DNA from: Sphingomonadales bacterium
Lineage (GTDB): Bacteria; Pseudomonadota; Alphaproteobacteria; Sphingomonadales; Sphingomonadaceae
Length of the DNA: 64,000 bases
Assembly (NCBI GenBank): GCA_043750535.1
Contig: JAYVBJ010000043.1
Coordinates: 104,674 to 168,673, forward strand
Direction: 5' to 3'
Every line of letters starts with the position of its first letter. Position 1 is the first letter of the stretch. A program made the translations under genes and the position numbers. Under the pieces are notes generated by a model. The model saw nothing but the letters and a program-made list of their open reading frames with translations. It ran no database searches and had not been told where the DNA came from. This document shows, piece after piece, positions 1 through 10,473 of the stretch.

Positions 1-6
1 GCCCCC

Positions 7-798
7 TCACCCCACCAACGCCGCCACCAACGCTTTCACCTTTTTCTGCCGCCATTGGGGGAGCGGGGCAACCAGCCAATAGGCTTGGTCGCTATCCTTC
101 GCGTTGCCGCTCACTTGCACACGCGCCGCATCAATATCGGCCTGTGCCAAAAGCGCCGGCACATTTGCAGTGCCCAAACCGATTGCGGCGGCATCGATTG
201 CCAGCCCTGCATCGCCCAGCCGCAGTGCCGCGACGCCTTCTGCCACGGGACATTTGGGCCAGCTGATCGGCAAGTCGCTGCCGCCATTCGGCGACGTGAC
301 GGTTACGAATGCCCCCGCCGCCAAGCGCACGCCTTCATGTTCGCCGGGGCCGCTGGCAAAGCGGATGGCGATGTCTAGATTGGCCTCGGTAAAATCAACA
401 TCTTCGTCGGCGGACACCAGATTAAACCTTACGTCGGGATTGGCCTTGCTATAGTCCGCAAGCTTTACCGCCAGCCATTTTGCGGTAAAATCGCGCGGCG
501 CGGCGATGGTAAGGACGTTGGACGATTGCCCCGCTTGCATCGCACGAACGGCTTCTTCAAATTGCAGAAAACCGCTGCGCAATGCGTCCAATCCGGCCTC
601 GCATTCGCCGGTTAATTCCAATCCCTTGGGCGTGCGGCGGAACAGGACGACGCCCAGCAAATCTTCGAGCGCGCGTATTTGTTGGCCGACAGCGGCGGGG
701 GTCACGGCCAGCTCGTCGGCTGCCTTGGTAAAGCTCAAATGCCTTGCCGCCGCGTCCAAAACACGCAGGCCATTGAGCGGTATATGCGTACGTTTCAC
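7..798 (-). CDS. LysR family transcriptional regulator (GcvA-like, short effector domain)
   Basis: N-terminal HTH 'LRVLDAAARHLSFTKAADELAVTPAAVGQQIRALE', typical of GcvA/AmpR-type LysR. Confidence 0.93.
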   Translation of the reverse strand: MKRTHIPLNGLRVLDAAARHLSFTKAADELAVTPAAVGQQIRALEDLLGVVLFRRTPKGLELTGECEAGLDALRSGFLQFEEAVRAMQAGQSSNVLTIAAPRDFTAKWLAVKLADYSKANPDVRFNLVSADEDVDFTEANLDIAIRFASGPGEHEGVRLAAGAFVTVTSPNGGSDLPISWPKCPVAEGVAALRLGDAGLAIDAAAIGLGTANVPALLAQADIDAARVQVSGNAKDSDQAYWLVAPLPQWRQKKVKALVAALVG

Positions 799-830
799 GC
801 TTTCGCCTTGGACGCAATAATTTTGAACAA

Positions 831-905
831 AAAACCGTAGCCCTGAGCCTGTCGAAGGGTGTGTGTCTGCAACGCGCCCTTCGACAGGCTCAGGGCTACG
901 GTTTT
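831..905. repeat. Intergenic palindromic element (REP/RPE-like, family A)
   Basis: Inverted arms aaaaccgtagccctgagcctgtcgaaggg / cccttcgacaggctcagggctacggtttt; related copies at 4429, 38824 and 38952. Confidence 0.85.
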
Positions 906-922
906 ATTACGGAGCAACATTG

Positions 923-1333
923 TCAGCGCGCCGTGGCCGGAGCGATCAATGCAAAGCGCGGGATCTCTGCCAGAAAGGTACCGCCATCGGCGCGAATGAA
1001 ACGGAAATGTCCTTCCATGCTTCCGCTTGGCGTAGGTAACGGGCAGCCCGAAACATAGTCATGTGCGCCGCCGGGATCCAGCACCGGTTGTTCACCAACA
1101 ACGCCGTCACCATCGACGTGGCTAACGTTGCCGCGCCCGTCGGTGATTTTCCAATGCCGAGTCAGCAATTGCACCGCCTCGTCAGAATGATTTTCGATAC
1201 GGATATGATAGGACCAGAACCAGCGTCCCGATTGCGGTTGTGACTGGTCGGTCAAGAAATTTGGGGCAACACGTATCGTGATGCCATCGGTGGTTGCGGT
1301 TTCCCGAAACAGGCTGTCCAATATTCCGGTCAT
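923..1333 (-). CDS. apaG: ApaG protein
   Basis: 'YHIRIEN..VQLLTRHWKITD..GDGVVGEQPVL..YVSGCPLPTPSGSMEG' ApaG signature. Confidence 0.95.
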   Translation of the reverse strand: MTGILDSLFRETATTDGITIRVAPNFLTDQSQPQSGRWFWSYHIRIENHSDEAVQLLTRHWKITDGRGNVSHVDGDGVVGEQPVLDPGGAHDYVSGCPLPTPSGSMEGHFRFIRADGGTFLAEIPRFALIAPATAR

Positions 1334-2538
1334 AGCCCCACTGCCCTCAATGCTTGATCCAAATCCTCAATCAAATCCTGCGGATCTTCCAGCCCGACAT
1401 TGATGCGGATCAATCCTTCGCCCACGCCCATTGCCGCGCGGCCTTCGGCGCCGATGCCATGATGCGTGCTGGATGCAGGATGGCACATCAGGCTGCGTGC
1501 ATCGCCAATATTGTTGGAAATATCGATCAGCTCCAGCGCGTTTAACAGCCCATGGGCCTGCGCACGGCCGCCGTCCAATTCGAATGCAAATATTGGCCCG
1601 CACGCCTTCATCTGCTTCATGGCCAAGCTATGTGCTGGATGCGATGCGAGGCCGGGGTGCAACATAACCGGCACGCGATGTTCCATAAACTTGCCCACCG
1701 CCAGCGCGTTTTCCGATTGCCGCATCGCCCGCAAATCAAGCGTTTCCAGACCTTTCAGCACCACCCAAGCATTAAACGGGGCCAAATTGGGGCCAGTATT
1801 GCGTTGGAACGGCAACAATTTTTCGTTGATGAAGGCGTTGCTGCCGCACACTGCGCCTGCAAGCACGCGGCCCTGCCCGTCCATCATCTTGGTCGCGCTA
1901 TACGCCACCACATCCGCGCCAAAATCCATTGGCCGCTGTAGTACACTTGTCGCAAAGGCGTTGTCGACGACGGTGGTGATGCCATGCGCCCGCGCCAAAC
2001 CGCATACATATTCCATATCGACAATATCCATTGTCGGATTGGCCGGTGTTTCAAAAAAGAAAACCTTGGTATTGGGCTGGATCGCCGCAGCCCATTCGTC
2101 GTTATTGCGGCTATCAATCGTGGTTGTCGTAATGCCCCATTTGGGAAGCAGATTATCGGTCAACCAACGGCACGATCCAAACGCCGCGCGCGCCGCAACC
2201 ACATGGTCACCTTGTTCCAGCTGACACAACAACGCCGTGGTCATCGCCGCCATACCGGTGGCCTGCGCGCGGCAAGCATCGGCACCTTCCATAAGGGCAA
2301 TGCGTTCTTCCAGCATTTCCACGGTCGGGTTTTGCAATCGGGAATAGGTCATGCCCTCTGCTTCACCGGCAAAGCGCGCGGCCACAGTTTCAGCATCGTC
2401 ATAAGTGTAACCCGACGTCAGAAACAACGCTTCCGACGTCTCGCCATGCTCGCTGCGCCACGTACCGCCGCGCACCGCCTGTGTTGCGGCGCGCCATTTG
2501 CTTGTGATTGATCGGTCTTGGCCTGTTGTGCGTTTCAT
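1330..2538 (-). CDS. metZ: O-succinylhomoserine sulfhydrylase (trans-sulfuration family, PLP)
   Basis: YSRLQNPT, ETPANPT, VDNAFAT, YSATK (PLP lysine); apaG-metZ-leuB context. Confidence 0.88.
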   Translation of the reverse strand: MKRTTGQDRSITSKWRAATQAVRGGTWRSEHGETSEALFLTSGYTYDDAETVAARFAGEAEGMTYSRLQNPTVEMLEERIALMEGADACRAQATGMAAMTTALLCQLEQGDHVVAARAAFGSCRWLTDNLLPKWGITTTTIDSRNNDEWAAAIQPNTKVFFFETPANPTMDIVDMEYVCGLARAHGITTVVDNAFATSVLQRPMDFGADVVAYSATKMMDGQGRVLAGAVCGSNAFINEKLLPFQRNTGPNLAPFNAWVVLKGLETLDLRAMRQSENALAVGKFMEHRVPVMLHPGLASHPAHSLAMKQMKACGPIFAFELDGGRAQAHGLLNALELIDISNNIGDARSLMCHPASSTHHGIGAEGRAAMGVGEGLIRINVGLEDPQDLIEDLDQALRAVGL

Positions 2539-2591
2539 ACGCTTCTTTTCGGGGAGTTAGGGGTTCAGGTCAATGGCCGATGATTGCAATT

Positions 2592-3635
2592 TTAGAGAGC
2601 AGAGATAACAGAATCGCCCATTTCGCTGGTCGTCATCTTGCCGCCCAGATCCGGCGAGCGCGCGCCATTGGCCAACGCGCTTGCTACTGCTGTCTCGATC
2701 CTGACGGCGGCTTCCGATTGGTCCAATGAATAGCGCAGCATCATGGCGGCTGACAAGATCGTCGCGAGTGGATTTGCTTTGCCCTGACCAGCGATATCGG
2801 GGGCGCTGCCGTGGATTGGTTCGTATAATCCCTTGCCCGCGCTGTCCAACGATGCGCTAGGTAACATGCCGATTGACCCCGCGCACATGCTGGCTTGATC
2901 GGACAATATGTCGCCAAACAAATTGCCGGTGACGATGACATCAAACTGGCCCGGATTGCGCACCAGCTGCATGGCGCAGTTATCAACATACATGTGCGAG
3001 AGAGTTACTTCAGGATATTCGGCATGAGTTTCGATCACCACATCGCGCCACAGCTGTGATGTTTCCAACACGTTGGCTTTATCAACTGAACAAAGTTTTT
3101 TGCCCCGCGCCATGGCCGTTTGAAAGCCAACATGGGCGATGCGCCGAACCTCGTCTTCATTGTATGACATGATGTCATAACCTTCTCGCTTACCGTTGGC
3201 ATTTATGCAAATGCCCTTTTCACCAAAGTAAACGTCACCGTTTAACTCGCGCACAATCACCATATCGATCTGCGTCGCTATCTCGGGACGCAGGGCTGAT
3301 TCAGCGGCCAGTTCGGGAAACAAGGTTGCCGGGCGCAAATTGGCGAACAGCTCCAATTCCTTGCGTAAGCCCAATATCGCTTGTTCAGGCCGCAAATGTC
3401 GTTCCAAGCTGTCACAATCGGGATCGCCAACGGCTCCAAACAATATGGCATCCGCACGCCGCGCGGTGGCAAGTGTCTCGGCAGGCAGCGGATGGCCAGT
3501 GGTTTTATACGCCGCGCCGCCGACAAGCGCCTCTTCATACATCATGCCCGGCAAACCGAGCGCATCCAGCACCCGTTTGGCCTGTGCAATGACTTCAGGG
3601 CCGATCCCGTCGCCGGGCAATAAAGCGATTAACAT
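2592..3635 (-). CDS. leuB: 3-isopropylmalate dehydrogenase
   Basis: [37 protein letters not shown]. Confidence 0.97.
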   Translation of the reverse strand: MLIALLPGDGIGPEVIAQAKRVLDALGLPGMMYEEALVGGAAYKTTGHPLPAETLATARRADAILFGAVGDPDCDSLERHLRPEQAILGLRKELELFANLRPATLFPELAAESALRPEIATQIDMVIVRELNGDVYFGEKGICINANGKREGYDIMSYNEDEVRRIAHVGFQTAMARGKKLCSVDKANVLETSQLWRDVVIETHAEYPEVTLSHMYVDNCAMQLVRNPGQFDVIVTGNLFGDILSDQASMCAGSIGMLPSASLDSAGKGLYEPIHGSAPDIAGQGKANPLATILSAAMMLRYSLDQSEAAVRIETAVASALANGARSPDLGGKMTTSEMGDSVISAL

Positions 3636-3704
3636 TTATGTTCCATTCCATCAGCATGAATATGATTGCCGAAATACAGTAAGCCCCTGCCAATACCGCA
3701 GGCG

Positions 3705-4304
3705 TTATGCAACCGCCCTTTTCAGCCTTTCGACAAGTCGTTCGCGTGCGGCCATTACATCAGCACGCCGGTCTCCCAGCACATGTTCCACCAACCGCGC
3801 GCGATTATGCGCCAACAATGCCGTCGGCGCCGAAATTTGGCGGTCGCCGATCACTTCTTCTGCATAACCAAGTTCGGACAGCAGAATCTCTTCATAGCGG
3901 GCCACTGCACCTGCCCAGCGCCGCGCCGCAGGAGCCAATTCAACCGCCGCCAACACCCCGTCCAATGCGCTGTAAAGCTGCGGATAAGCGTGCCCTTCCG
4001 GCAGGCTAGCCGCAGTCAGCGCCGTCACCCAATCAATTGCCGCCACCGCCAATGGCTCGCCCAATAAATGCGCACGGCTATGTTCGGGCTCTGCGCTTAA
4101 CGCAGGCAATTGCCCCGATATGCGCGCCCGCCAATCGCCCTTGATAACATTGCCGGGAATTAAGACCGGCCGCAAATGCCGCCCCCGTGCGCCTTGCACA
4201 TAGCCCGCCATCAATCCATGATCCGCCGTCATAGCGCGAACGATGGCTCCCGCTTCGCCATGAGGGCGGACGGCACAGACGATGGCTGATGCGGTGATTT
4301 GCAT
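3705..4304 (-). CDS. recO: DNA repair protein RecO
   Basis: N-terminal OB fold 'AIVCAVRPHGEAGAIVRAMTADHG', 'LPEGHAYPQLY'; recO-leuB synteny. Confidence 0.9.
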   Translation of the reverse strand: MQITASAIVCAVRPHGEAGAIVRAMTADHGLMAGYVQGARGRHLRPVLIPGNVIKGDWRARISGQLPALSAEPEHSRAHLLGEPLAVAAIDWVTALTAASLPEGHAYPQLYSALDGVLAAVELAPAARRWAGAVARYEEILLSELGYAEEVIGDRQISAPTALLAHNRARLVEHVLGDRRADVMAARERLVERLKRAVA

Positions 4305-4428
4305 GGCGATAAGCTATGCCCGAAAATGCGGCGGTAGCGAAGCGATTATGGTCTGAGGTTGCGCTCAGGTCGCGAATTAGAGCGCGCGGACGTTTGAGTG
4401 AAACACAACTCCCTTGGACGAAACAACA

Positions 4429-4496
4429 CCGTTCGTACTGAGCTTGTCGAAGTACAGGTTGCTTGCCTCATCTTTCGACAGGCTCAGGACGAACGG
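4429..4496. repeat. Palindromic element family A
   Basis: ccgttcgtactgagcttgtcgaag...ttcgacaggctcaggacgaacgg inverted arms. Confidence 0.85.
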
Positions 4497-4556
4497 AGAG
4501 GGAGTTCTGTGGTAAAGTAATGTCCCCACGCTCTAATGCTGCCCACCCGTTCACCC

Positions 4557-6497
4557 CTACCCGCCACCATGATAATAGTCATAAACCGTCCGTGCCACCG
4601 CATCCGAAACGCCCGGCGTGCGCGCCAAATCTTCTAGGCTGGCGTCGCGCACTGCCCTGGCTGTGCCGAAATGCATCAGCAGCGCTTTCTTGCGCGCTGG
4701 CCCAACGCCGGGCACTTCGTCAAGCGGACTGGCGGTGATTGCCTTGCTGCGTTTCGCTCTGTGTGCGCCGATGGCAAACCGGTGCGCTTCATCGCGCAGC
4801 CGTTGCAGGTAAAACAGCACGGGCGCGCCCACTGGCAGGTCAAATTCGCGGCCATCGGGAAAATGGAAGCTCTCGCGCCCGGCATTGCGGTCTGGTCCTT
4901 TCGACACGCCGATGCACGGCACATCCTCAACGCCGATCTCTTCCAGAGCCGCCTTCACTGCGCTCATCTGCCCTTTGCCGCCATCGATCAGCACCAAATC
5001 GGGCCAGTCGCCCTTGCTGCGGTCCGGGTCTTCCTCTTGCGCGCGTCCAAACCGGCGCTGCATCACTTCACGCATCATCGCAAAGTCATCGCCGGGCGCG
5101 GTGTCGGGATTCTTGATGTTGAACTTGCGATACTGGCCTTTCATAAACCCGTCTGGCCCGGCGACGATCATCCCGCCCAGCGCGTTGGTGCCCTGAATAT
5201 GACTGTTATCGTAAACCTCGATACGCTGCGGCGGTTCGGCGAGTTCAAACAGATCGGCAACCTCTTGCAGCAGCTTACCTTGCGTTGTCGATTCCGCCTG
5301 CCGCCTTTCCAGCGCTTCTGCCGCATTGCGCACGGCTTGGCCAATCAGGCGCACCCTATCACCGCGCTGCGGCACCGATATCGTCACCTTGCCGCCTGCT
5401 TTTTCGGCCAGCGCAAGGGCAAGCAGCTCATCTTCGGCAGGCGCGCGGTCGACCAATATCGTGCGCGGTGGCGGCACGTCTTCGTAAAACTGGATTATGA
5501 AACTGGCGAGCACCTCATCCTCCGGAACTTCGGCTGTGTGCACCGGAAAGAAACTGCGATGCCCCCAATTCTGGCCGCCGCGAATGAAAAATGCCTGAAT
5601 GCACATCACGCCGCTTTTCGATGCCAGTGCAAAGATATCGGCGTCGCCAACGCCTTCTGCATTGATCGCCTGCGAACCTTGAATGAAAGTGAGCGCCTTC
5701 AAACGGTCGCGCATGATCGCGGCACTTTCAAAATCCAGCGCCTCCGCCGCCGCCTCCATTTGCCCCGCCAATTTCGATTGCACGGCGGTGGACTTGCCCG
5801 ACAAAAACGCCTTGGCATCATTCACCAGCTCGTCATAATTATCCTTGCTGATCCGGTCCACGCACGGCGCAGAACAGCGTTTGATCTGATAGAGCAAGCA
5901 AGGCCGGTCCCGATTGTTGAAAAAGCTATCACTACAATTGCGCAGCAAGAACAGTTTTTGCAGTGCGTTGATGGTCTGATTAACCGAACCAGCGGATGCA
6001 AACGGGCCATAATAATTGCCCTTTGCACGGCGCGCCCCGCGATGTTTTTGAATGCGCGGAAACGCATGGTCAGCGCGCAGCAGGATGAACGGAAAGCTTT
6101 TATCATCACGAAGCAGCACATTATACGCCGGGCGATACCGCTTGATCAACTGCGCCTCTAACAGCAACGCCTCTGCCTCGCTGCCGGTCGTCACAATCGT
6201 CATGCTGCGCGTTTGCGCGACCATGCGGCGCAGACGGTTGGGCAGACGGTCGACCTGCGTATAATTGCTGACCCGGTTTTTCAGCGCCCGCGCCTTACCC
6301 ACATACAGCACATCACCGCGCGCATCATGCATACGGTAAACGCCGGGCTTTATCGGCAGCGTCTGCCACACGTTGCGGATGGCTGCGATCCCGGCGTCCA
6401 GATCCGGCGTGCCAGCACCGCGCACCGCATAAGTCGCCTTCTCCTCGTTAAAACGAGAGGCGGAATTGGGCGTGTCGGGACGATCAGCTTTGGACAT
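4557..6497 (-). CDS. uvrC: Excinuclease ABC subunit C
   Basis: GIY-YIG (PGVYRM..LYVGKA), RIEVYDNSH, LIDGGKGQ, RDEAHRFAI, C-terminal HhH. Confidence 0.98.
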   Translation of the reverse strand: MSKADRPDTPNSASRFNEEKATYAVRGAGTPDLDAGIAAIRNVWQTLPIKPGVYRMHDARGDVLYVGKARALKNRVSNYTQVDRLPNRLRRMVAQTRSMTIVTTGSEAEALLLEAQLIKRYRPAYNVLLRDDKSFPFILLRADHAFPRIQKHRGARRAKGNYYGPFASAGSVNQTINALQKLFLLRNCSDSFFNNRDRPCLLYQIKRCSAPCVDRISKDNYDELVNDAKAFLSGKSTAVQSKLAGQMEAAAEALDFESAAIMRDRLKALTFIQGSQAINAEGVGDADIFALASKSGVMCIQAFFIRGGQNWGHRSFFPVHTAEVPEDEVLASFIIQFYEDVPPPRTILVDRAPAEDELLALALAEKAGGKVTISVPQRGDRVRLIGQAVRNAAEALERRQAESTTQGKLLQEVADLFELAEPPQRIEVYDNSHIQGTNALGGMIVAGPDGFMKGQYRKFNIKNPDTAPGDDFAMMREVMQRRFGRAQEEDPDRSKGDWPDLVLIDGGKGQMSAVKAALEEIGVEDVPCIGVSKGPDRNAGRESFHFPDGREFDLPVGAPVLFYLQRLRDEAHRFAIGAHRAKRSKAITASPLDEVPGVGPARKKALLMHFGTARAVRDASLEDLARTPGVSDAVARTVYDYYHGGG

Positions 6498-6524
6498 ATT
6501 CTCGTCTAAGCAAATAATGGACGC

Positions 6525-7064
6525 TTAGTCAGCAATCCTTTTCACCATCGTCGCCAATGGCACGGGCACAGTGCCATTTTCATCAAACCATTCGGATTCG
6601 ATTTCATAGCCGCATTTCAGATAAAACGGCTTTCCCGCCATGGTTGCCGCCATTTCTAGTGCGCGAAATCCTTCTGCGCGGGCGGCGGATTCTCCGGCCT
6701 CGATGACCATCCGGCCAATGCCGTGACCGACATGATCGGGGTGGGTGTACATGGCACGAATGCGGGCGCGGTCGCGTTTCGGGTCCAGCAAGCTGATGTC
6801 ACGTCCTGCACTGTGATTGCCGCCATATAGCGTCGCCCGCCGCGACCATCCGCCGCATCCCGCCAGAATATCGCCCGACCACACGGTGAAATACGTGCCA
6901 TCCTCGATCAGTTGCGTATCCAACCCCATTGACGCGGCGGAGGCGGTGACTTGTTCCGGGGTCAGATAGGCCTTCTGAAGCTGGCGTATCGACAGGTCCA
7001 TTAGGGCGCGAATGGCTTCGCTGTCTTCGGGTGTGGCGAAGCGCAGGTGATATGGGTTGGTCAT
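6525..7064 (-). CDS. GNAT family N-acetyltransferase
   Basis: 'RAMYTHPDHVGHGIGR' acetyl-CoA binding motif, 'FYLKCGY'. Confidence 0.9.
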   Translation of the reverse strand: MTNPYHLRFATPEDSEAIRALMDLSIRQLQKAYLTPEQVTASAASMGLDTQLIEDGTYFTVWSGDILAGCGGWSRRATLYGGNHSAGRDISLLDPKRDRARIRAMYTHPDHVGHGIGRMVIEAGESAARAEGFRALEMAATMAGKPFYLKCGYEIESEWFDENGTVPVPLATMVKRIAD

Positions 7065-7114
7065 GTTTGGGATTTAGCTAAAGCCTGAACGTGAGGCAAG
7101 TTGACATAGACAAA

Positions 7115-7199
7115 TCGTCATTGCGAGGAGCGAAGCGACAAAGCAATCCAGAGCGTCCTTACTCTGCTCTGGATTGCCGCGCTTCGCTCGCAATGACGA
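7115..7199. repeat. Palindromic element family B (GTCATTGCGAG...CTCGCAATGAC)
   Basis: Inverted arms tcgtcattgcgag..gcaatccagagc / gctctggattgc..ctcgcaatgacga. Confidence 0.85.
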
Positions 7200-7203
7200 A
7201 TGA

Positions 7204-7941
7204 CTAATTCTCCAACATATACCGGACCGAAATGTTAATCTGGCTGGCGACTTCACCCGGTTCAATTGGTGTGCTGGCCCCGGCGCTAGCATCACTCGCC
7301 ACTCTCATATTGGCCATTGGCAAGGGGCCGGCCATCTCTTGCACTTCGGAAATCGACAGCAATCGCGCTTTGGCAAAGCCGGCATTTTTGGCATAGAAAG
7401 CCGACAGCTTGCCCGCCTGCTGGATTGCGTCCAATCGTGCCGCTTCGGTCAGCGCGCTATCATTTTCCACCATGAATGTTGGCCCCGACACGTTGGTCGC
7501 CCCCGCATTGACGAGTGTATCGAGCACAGTGCCGATTTTGCTGATGTCCTTCATCCGCACGGTGACGCTGTTGTTGGCGATATAGCCTTTGAACACTTGC
7601 CCCTTTTCGCCGTAATCATAATCTTGATTCAGCGAGACACTCGATGTTTGAATATCTTTATCGGCAACGCCCTTGCCCTTCAACGCGGCCAACACCGACT
7701 GCATTTGCTTGGCATTTTGCGCCATCGCATCCGCCGCGCTGACCGCTTTGGTTTGTACACCCGCGTTCAACATGGCGCGGTCAGGCTTGGCGCGGGCAAT
7801 GCCCGTTACCGACAGCGTAACAACCGGCGCATCGCTTTTATGATTTTGGCTCATCGATTCCGTACTCGCAACATCGTGGGCAAATGCCATTGGCGGCATC
7901 GCAACCATAGCTATAGCGCCAAGCAGAGCAAATTTACGCAT
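7204..7941 (-). CDS. SIMPL (DUF541) periplasmic protein
   Basis: Signal peptide; 'LSVTG..AKPDRA', 'KDIQTSSVSL', 'PIEPGE'. Confidence 0.9.
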   Translation of the reverse strand: MRKFALLGAIAMVAMPPMAFAHDVASTESMSQNHKSDAPVVTLSVTGIARAKPDRAMLNAGVQTKAVSAADAMAQNAKQMQSVLAALKGKGVADKDIQTSSVSLNQDYDYGEKGQVFKGYIANNSVTVRMKDISKIGTVLDTLVNAGATNVSGPTFMVENDSALTEAARLDAIQQAGKLSAFYAKNAGFAKARLLSISEVQEMAGPLPMANMRVASDASAGASTPIEPGEVASQINISVRYMLEN

Positions 7942-8056
7942 AAAATATCCTATCCCGTATTGCGACGAAATGCCGCCGATAAGGGATATGGTACATTAAA
8001 ATTGCACAATTGCTGAACGGATTTTTGGGGATTGGATACGCAGCAATTTGCGGCGT

Positions 8057-8137
8057 GTGCTCCCTGGCGAAGGCCGGGGTCCAGCTCGAAGGTTAAAAAT
8101 GCTATGCAACTCTAGACCCCGGCCTGCGCCGGGGCAC
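8057..8137. repeat. Palindromic element family C, possible terminator of the atp F0 operon
   Basis: gtgctccctggcgaaggccggggtccag / ctagaccccggcctgcgccggggcac arms just downstream of the atpF stop. Confidence 0.7.
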
Positions 8138-8141
8138 GCAG

Positions 8142-8780
8142 TTAATTCAACGCAGCAATCGATGTATCGATTAACGCGGCATCGGCTTTGGCATCGGTGC
8201 TGCTGATGATGATATATTCGGCTGCAGCCGCTGCTGTGGCAGCTGCTGTGCCGCGAACATCGGCAATCGCGGCGGTTTCCGCTGCTGCGATTTTATCTTC
8301 GGCCATCTTGGCGCGGCGCGCAACCATTGCGGTCGCGTCTTTCTTTGCGTTGGCGATGATCAGCTTGGCTTCTTCGGCCGCGTTGGCTTTCATCGTTTCG
8401 GCGTCGGCTGCGGCTTGTTTCGCCTTGGCTTCATATTCCGCCTTGATCGCTTCGGCTTCGGCACGCAGATTTGTTGCGGCATCCAGTTGTTCTTTGATAC
8501 CGGCAATTTGTTTGTCGAGCAATCCGGCGACCAACGCGGGAACTTTCTTCCAAATCGCGATGCCGATGACAACCAGCATGGCCAAGGCCACCAACATTGT
8601 CGCATCAAACCCGAACGCCGATGGCACAGCATGCTCTTCGCCGCCGTGCGGAACTTCGGTCGTTGCTTGCGCACCATCAGCCGCCACATCATGCCCCATT
8701 GCGGCATGATCCACCGGAGCGGTTGTTGCTGCGGTTGCGGTTGCGGATGCGTCCGGTGTTGCGGTTACTTCATTAGCCAT
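8142..8780 (-). CDS. atpF: F0F1 ATP synthase subunit b
   Basis: Single TM helix followed by an Ala/Glu/Lys coiled coil; last gene of the F0 operon. Confidence 0.92.
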   Translation of the reverse strand: MANEVTATPDASATATAATTAPVDHAAMGHDVAADGAQATTEVPHGGEEHAVPSAFGFDATMLVALAMLVVIGIAIWKKVPALVAGLLDKQIAGIKEQLDAATNLRAEAEAIKAEYEAKAKQAAADAETMKANAAEEAKLIIANAKKDATAMVARRAKMAEDKIAAAETAAIADVRGTAAATAAAAAEYIIISSTDAKADAALIDTSIAALN

Positions 8781-9267
8781 TTGCCATCACCGTCTTCACT
8801 GCATTGGCGGCCTGCGCTGCGGTTACTTTAACGCCAGCGACCTTGGCCGCGATGTCGGCGGCGGCTTCGGCGGCTACGCTTGCAACGCTGGCCATGGCCT
8901 TAGACCGTGCCTGGGCGATATCGGCTTCTGCCACTGCAAGCTTGGCCGCAATATCCGCCTCCGCATCAGCCAGAGTTGCAGCAGATGTTTTCGCGGCCTT
9001 CGCCTTGGCTTCGTTTGCTTTGGCCAATGCCTCGGCGCGGGCAGCAGCGAGTTGTCCGTCGCCGCCCGATTCCATGCTTTGCGCCTCTGCCCGTGCCCGT
9101 TCCGCAGCAGCCAGATCGTCAGCGATCTTTTTGTCACGGGCGTCCACAGTCGCCTCAACCTTTGGCAACATCATCTTTGCGATCCCGAAATAAATCAGGC
9201 CAAAAGTGATCAGCATCCAGAAAAACTGCGATGCATAAGTGTCAAGTATCTGTGCGATTTGAGGCAT
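8773..9267 (-). CDS. F0F1 ATP synthase subunit b'
   Basis: 'MPQIAQ..YASQFFW' N-terminus typical of alphaproteobacterial b'. Confidence 0.92.
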   Translation of the reverse strand: MPQIAQILDTYASQFFWMLITFGLIYFGIAKMMLPKVEATVDARDKKIADDLAAAERARAEAQSMESGGDGQLAAARAEALAKANEAKAKAAKTSAATLADAEADIAAKLAVAEADIAQARSKAMASVASVAAEAAADIAAKVAGVKVTAAQAANAVKTVMANG

Positions 9268-9331
9268 TGGGTTCTCTTATTCGGTAATATTTGAAAAATG
9301 CCCCGGCATTGCGCCGGGACGCAATCAAAAA

Positions 9332-9559
9332 TTAGGCAACGAAGATCAGGATCATCGCAACAACGAACGCGAGCAGACCCAAAAGTTCCGCAGCCGCAAA
9401 GCCGATGAACAAACGGCCCTGTTGGCTGTCCGCTGCTGCTGGGTTACGCAATGCGCCCTGCAAGAACGATCCAAAAACATTACCCACACCGCCGGCGGCA
9501 AGGCCTGCTCCGATTGCTGCAAGGCCGGCACCGATCAATTTTGCTGCTTCTGCGTCCAT
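9332..9559 (-). CDS. atpE: F0F1 ATP synthase subunit c
   Basis: GAGLAAIG, RNP loop, conserved Glu in FAAAELLG. Confidence 0.98.
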   Translation of the reverse strand: MDAEAAKLIGAGLAAIGAGLAAGGVGNVFGSFLQGALRNPAAADSQQGRLFIGFAAAELLGLLAFVVAMILIFVA

Positions 9560-9603
9560 GGTAAAAACTCCTGTTTAAATGAAATGTAATAGGTTGAAAA
9601 AAC

Positions 9604-10389
9604 TTAGTGAAGATTGACTGCGTCGTTGATGTAGAGCGAAGTCAACAGTGCGAAAACATAGGCCTGAATGGCGCATACCAGCAGCTCAAGCAAAGTGATG
9701 CCGATCATCAGAATGAAGCTTGGGATCGCAACAACCGGCGTTACCCAAATTGCTTCGGCATTCAGTCCGTTGATCACAAAGCCAGCAAGAACCTTCATTA
9801 ATACGTGGCCAGCAGTCATCGCGACAAACAATCGCAGCGCAAGGCTGAACGGACGGATCAGGAACGAAAACAGCTCAATCGCCGGTATCAACCACAACAG
9901 CCACCAAGGTGTACCATGCGGCACAAACAGCGAGAAGAAATGCAGGCCATGCTTCCAAAAACCGACAACCAGAACCACCGAAAAGCTGATGATCGCGAGC
10001 AATGCCGTAACGGTCAAATGGCTCGTGACGGTAAAAGGATGAACGCCCGGTACGATTCCGAATGGCATCATGCCCATGAAGTTTGCGACCAAGATAAACA
10101 TGAACAGGGTGAACGCCAACGGTACGTATTTCTTGCCCTCTGGTCCAATGTTGCTCGACATCATGTTATTGATAAAGCCTGAAACGCCCTCGACGGCCAT
10201 TTGCCAGCGGCCGGGGATCATCGCGCGCTTCATTCCGCCAGCCATGAAAACCCAGATGGCGGCCAAGACGAGCAGCATAAACAATGATGAGTTGGTGAAG
10301 CTGATGTCGTAACCGAACAAATTCAGTTGAGCGAGCGGCTCAATCTGGAACTGGTGCATCGGATCAATTTTGCCGCTTTCAGATGCCAC
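9604..10389 (-). CDS. atpB: F0F1 ATP synthase subunit a (GTG start at 10389, or 10395)
   Basis: DPMHQF, PGRWQ, RPFSLALRLF, IQAYVF. Confidence 0.97.
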   Translation of the reverse strand: MASESGKIDPMHQFQIEPLAQLNLFGYDISFTNSSLFMLLVLAAIWVFMAGGMKRAMIPGRWQMAVEGVSGFINNMMSSNIGPEGKKYVPLAFTLFMFILVANFMGMMPFGIVPGVHPFTVTSHLTVTALLAIISFSVVLVVGFWKHGLHFFSLFVPHGTPWWLLWLIPAIELFSFLIRPFSLALRLFVAMTAGHVLMKVLAGFVINGLNAEAIWVTPVVAIPSFILMIGITLLELLVCAIQAYVFALLTSLYINDAVNLH

Positions 10390-10473
10390 GTTCACTACCC
10401 TGTTTTTGGCCCAAAATTTAGGCCTGTTTGGGCCATTTATTTAGGCCTGTTTTATACGCAACAAGCGTCCGAA

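Noticed and set aside
4671-6161. 496-aa plus-strand ORF
   Set aside because: Antisense shadow of uvrC, with no recognisable motifs.
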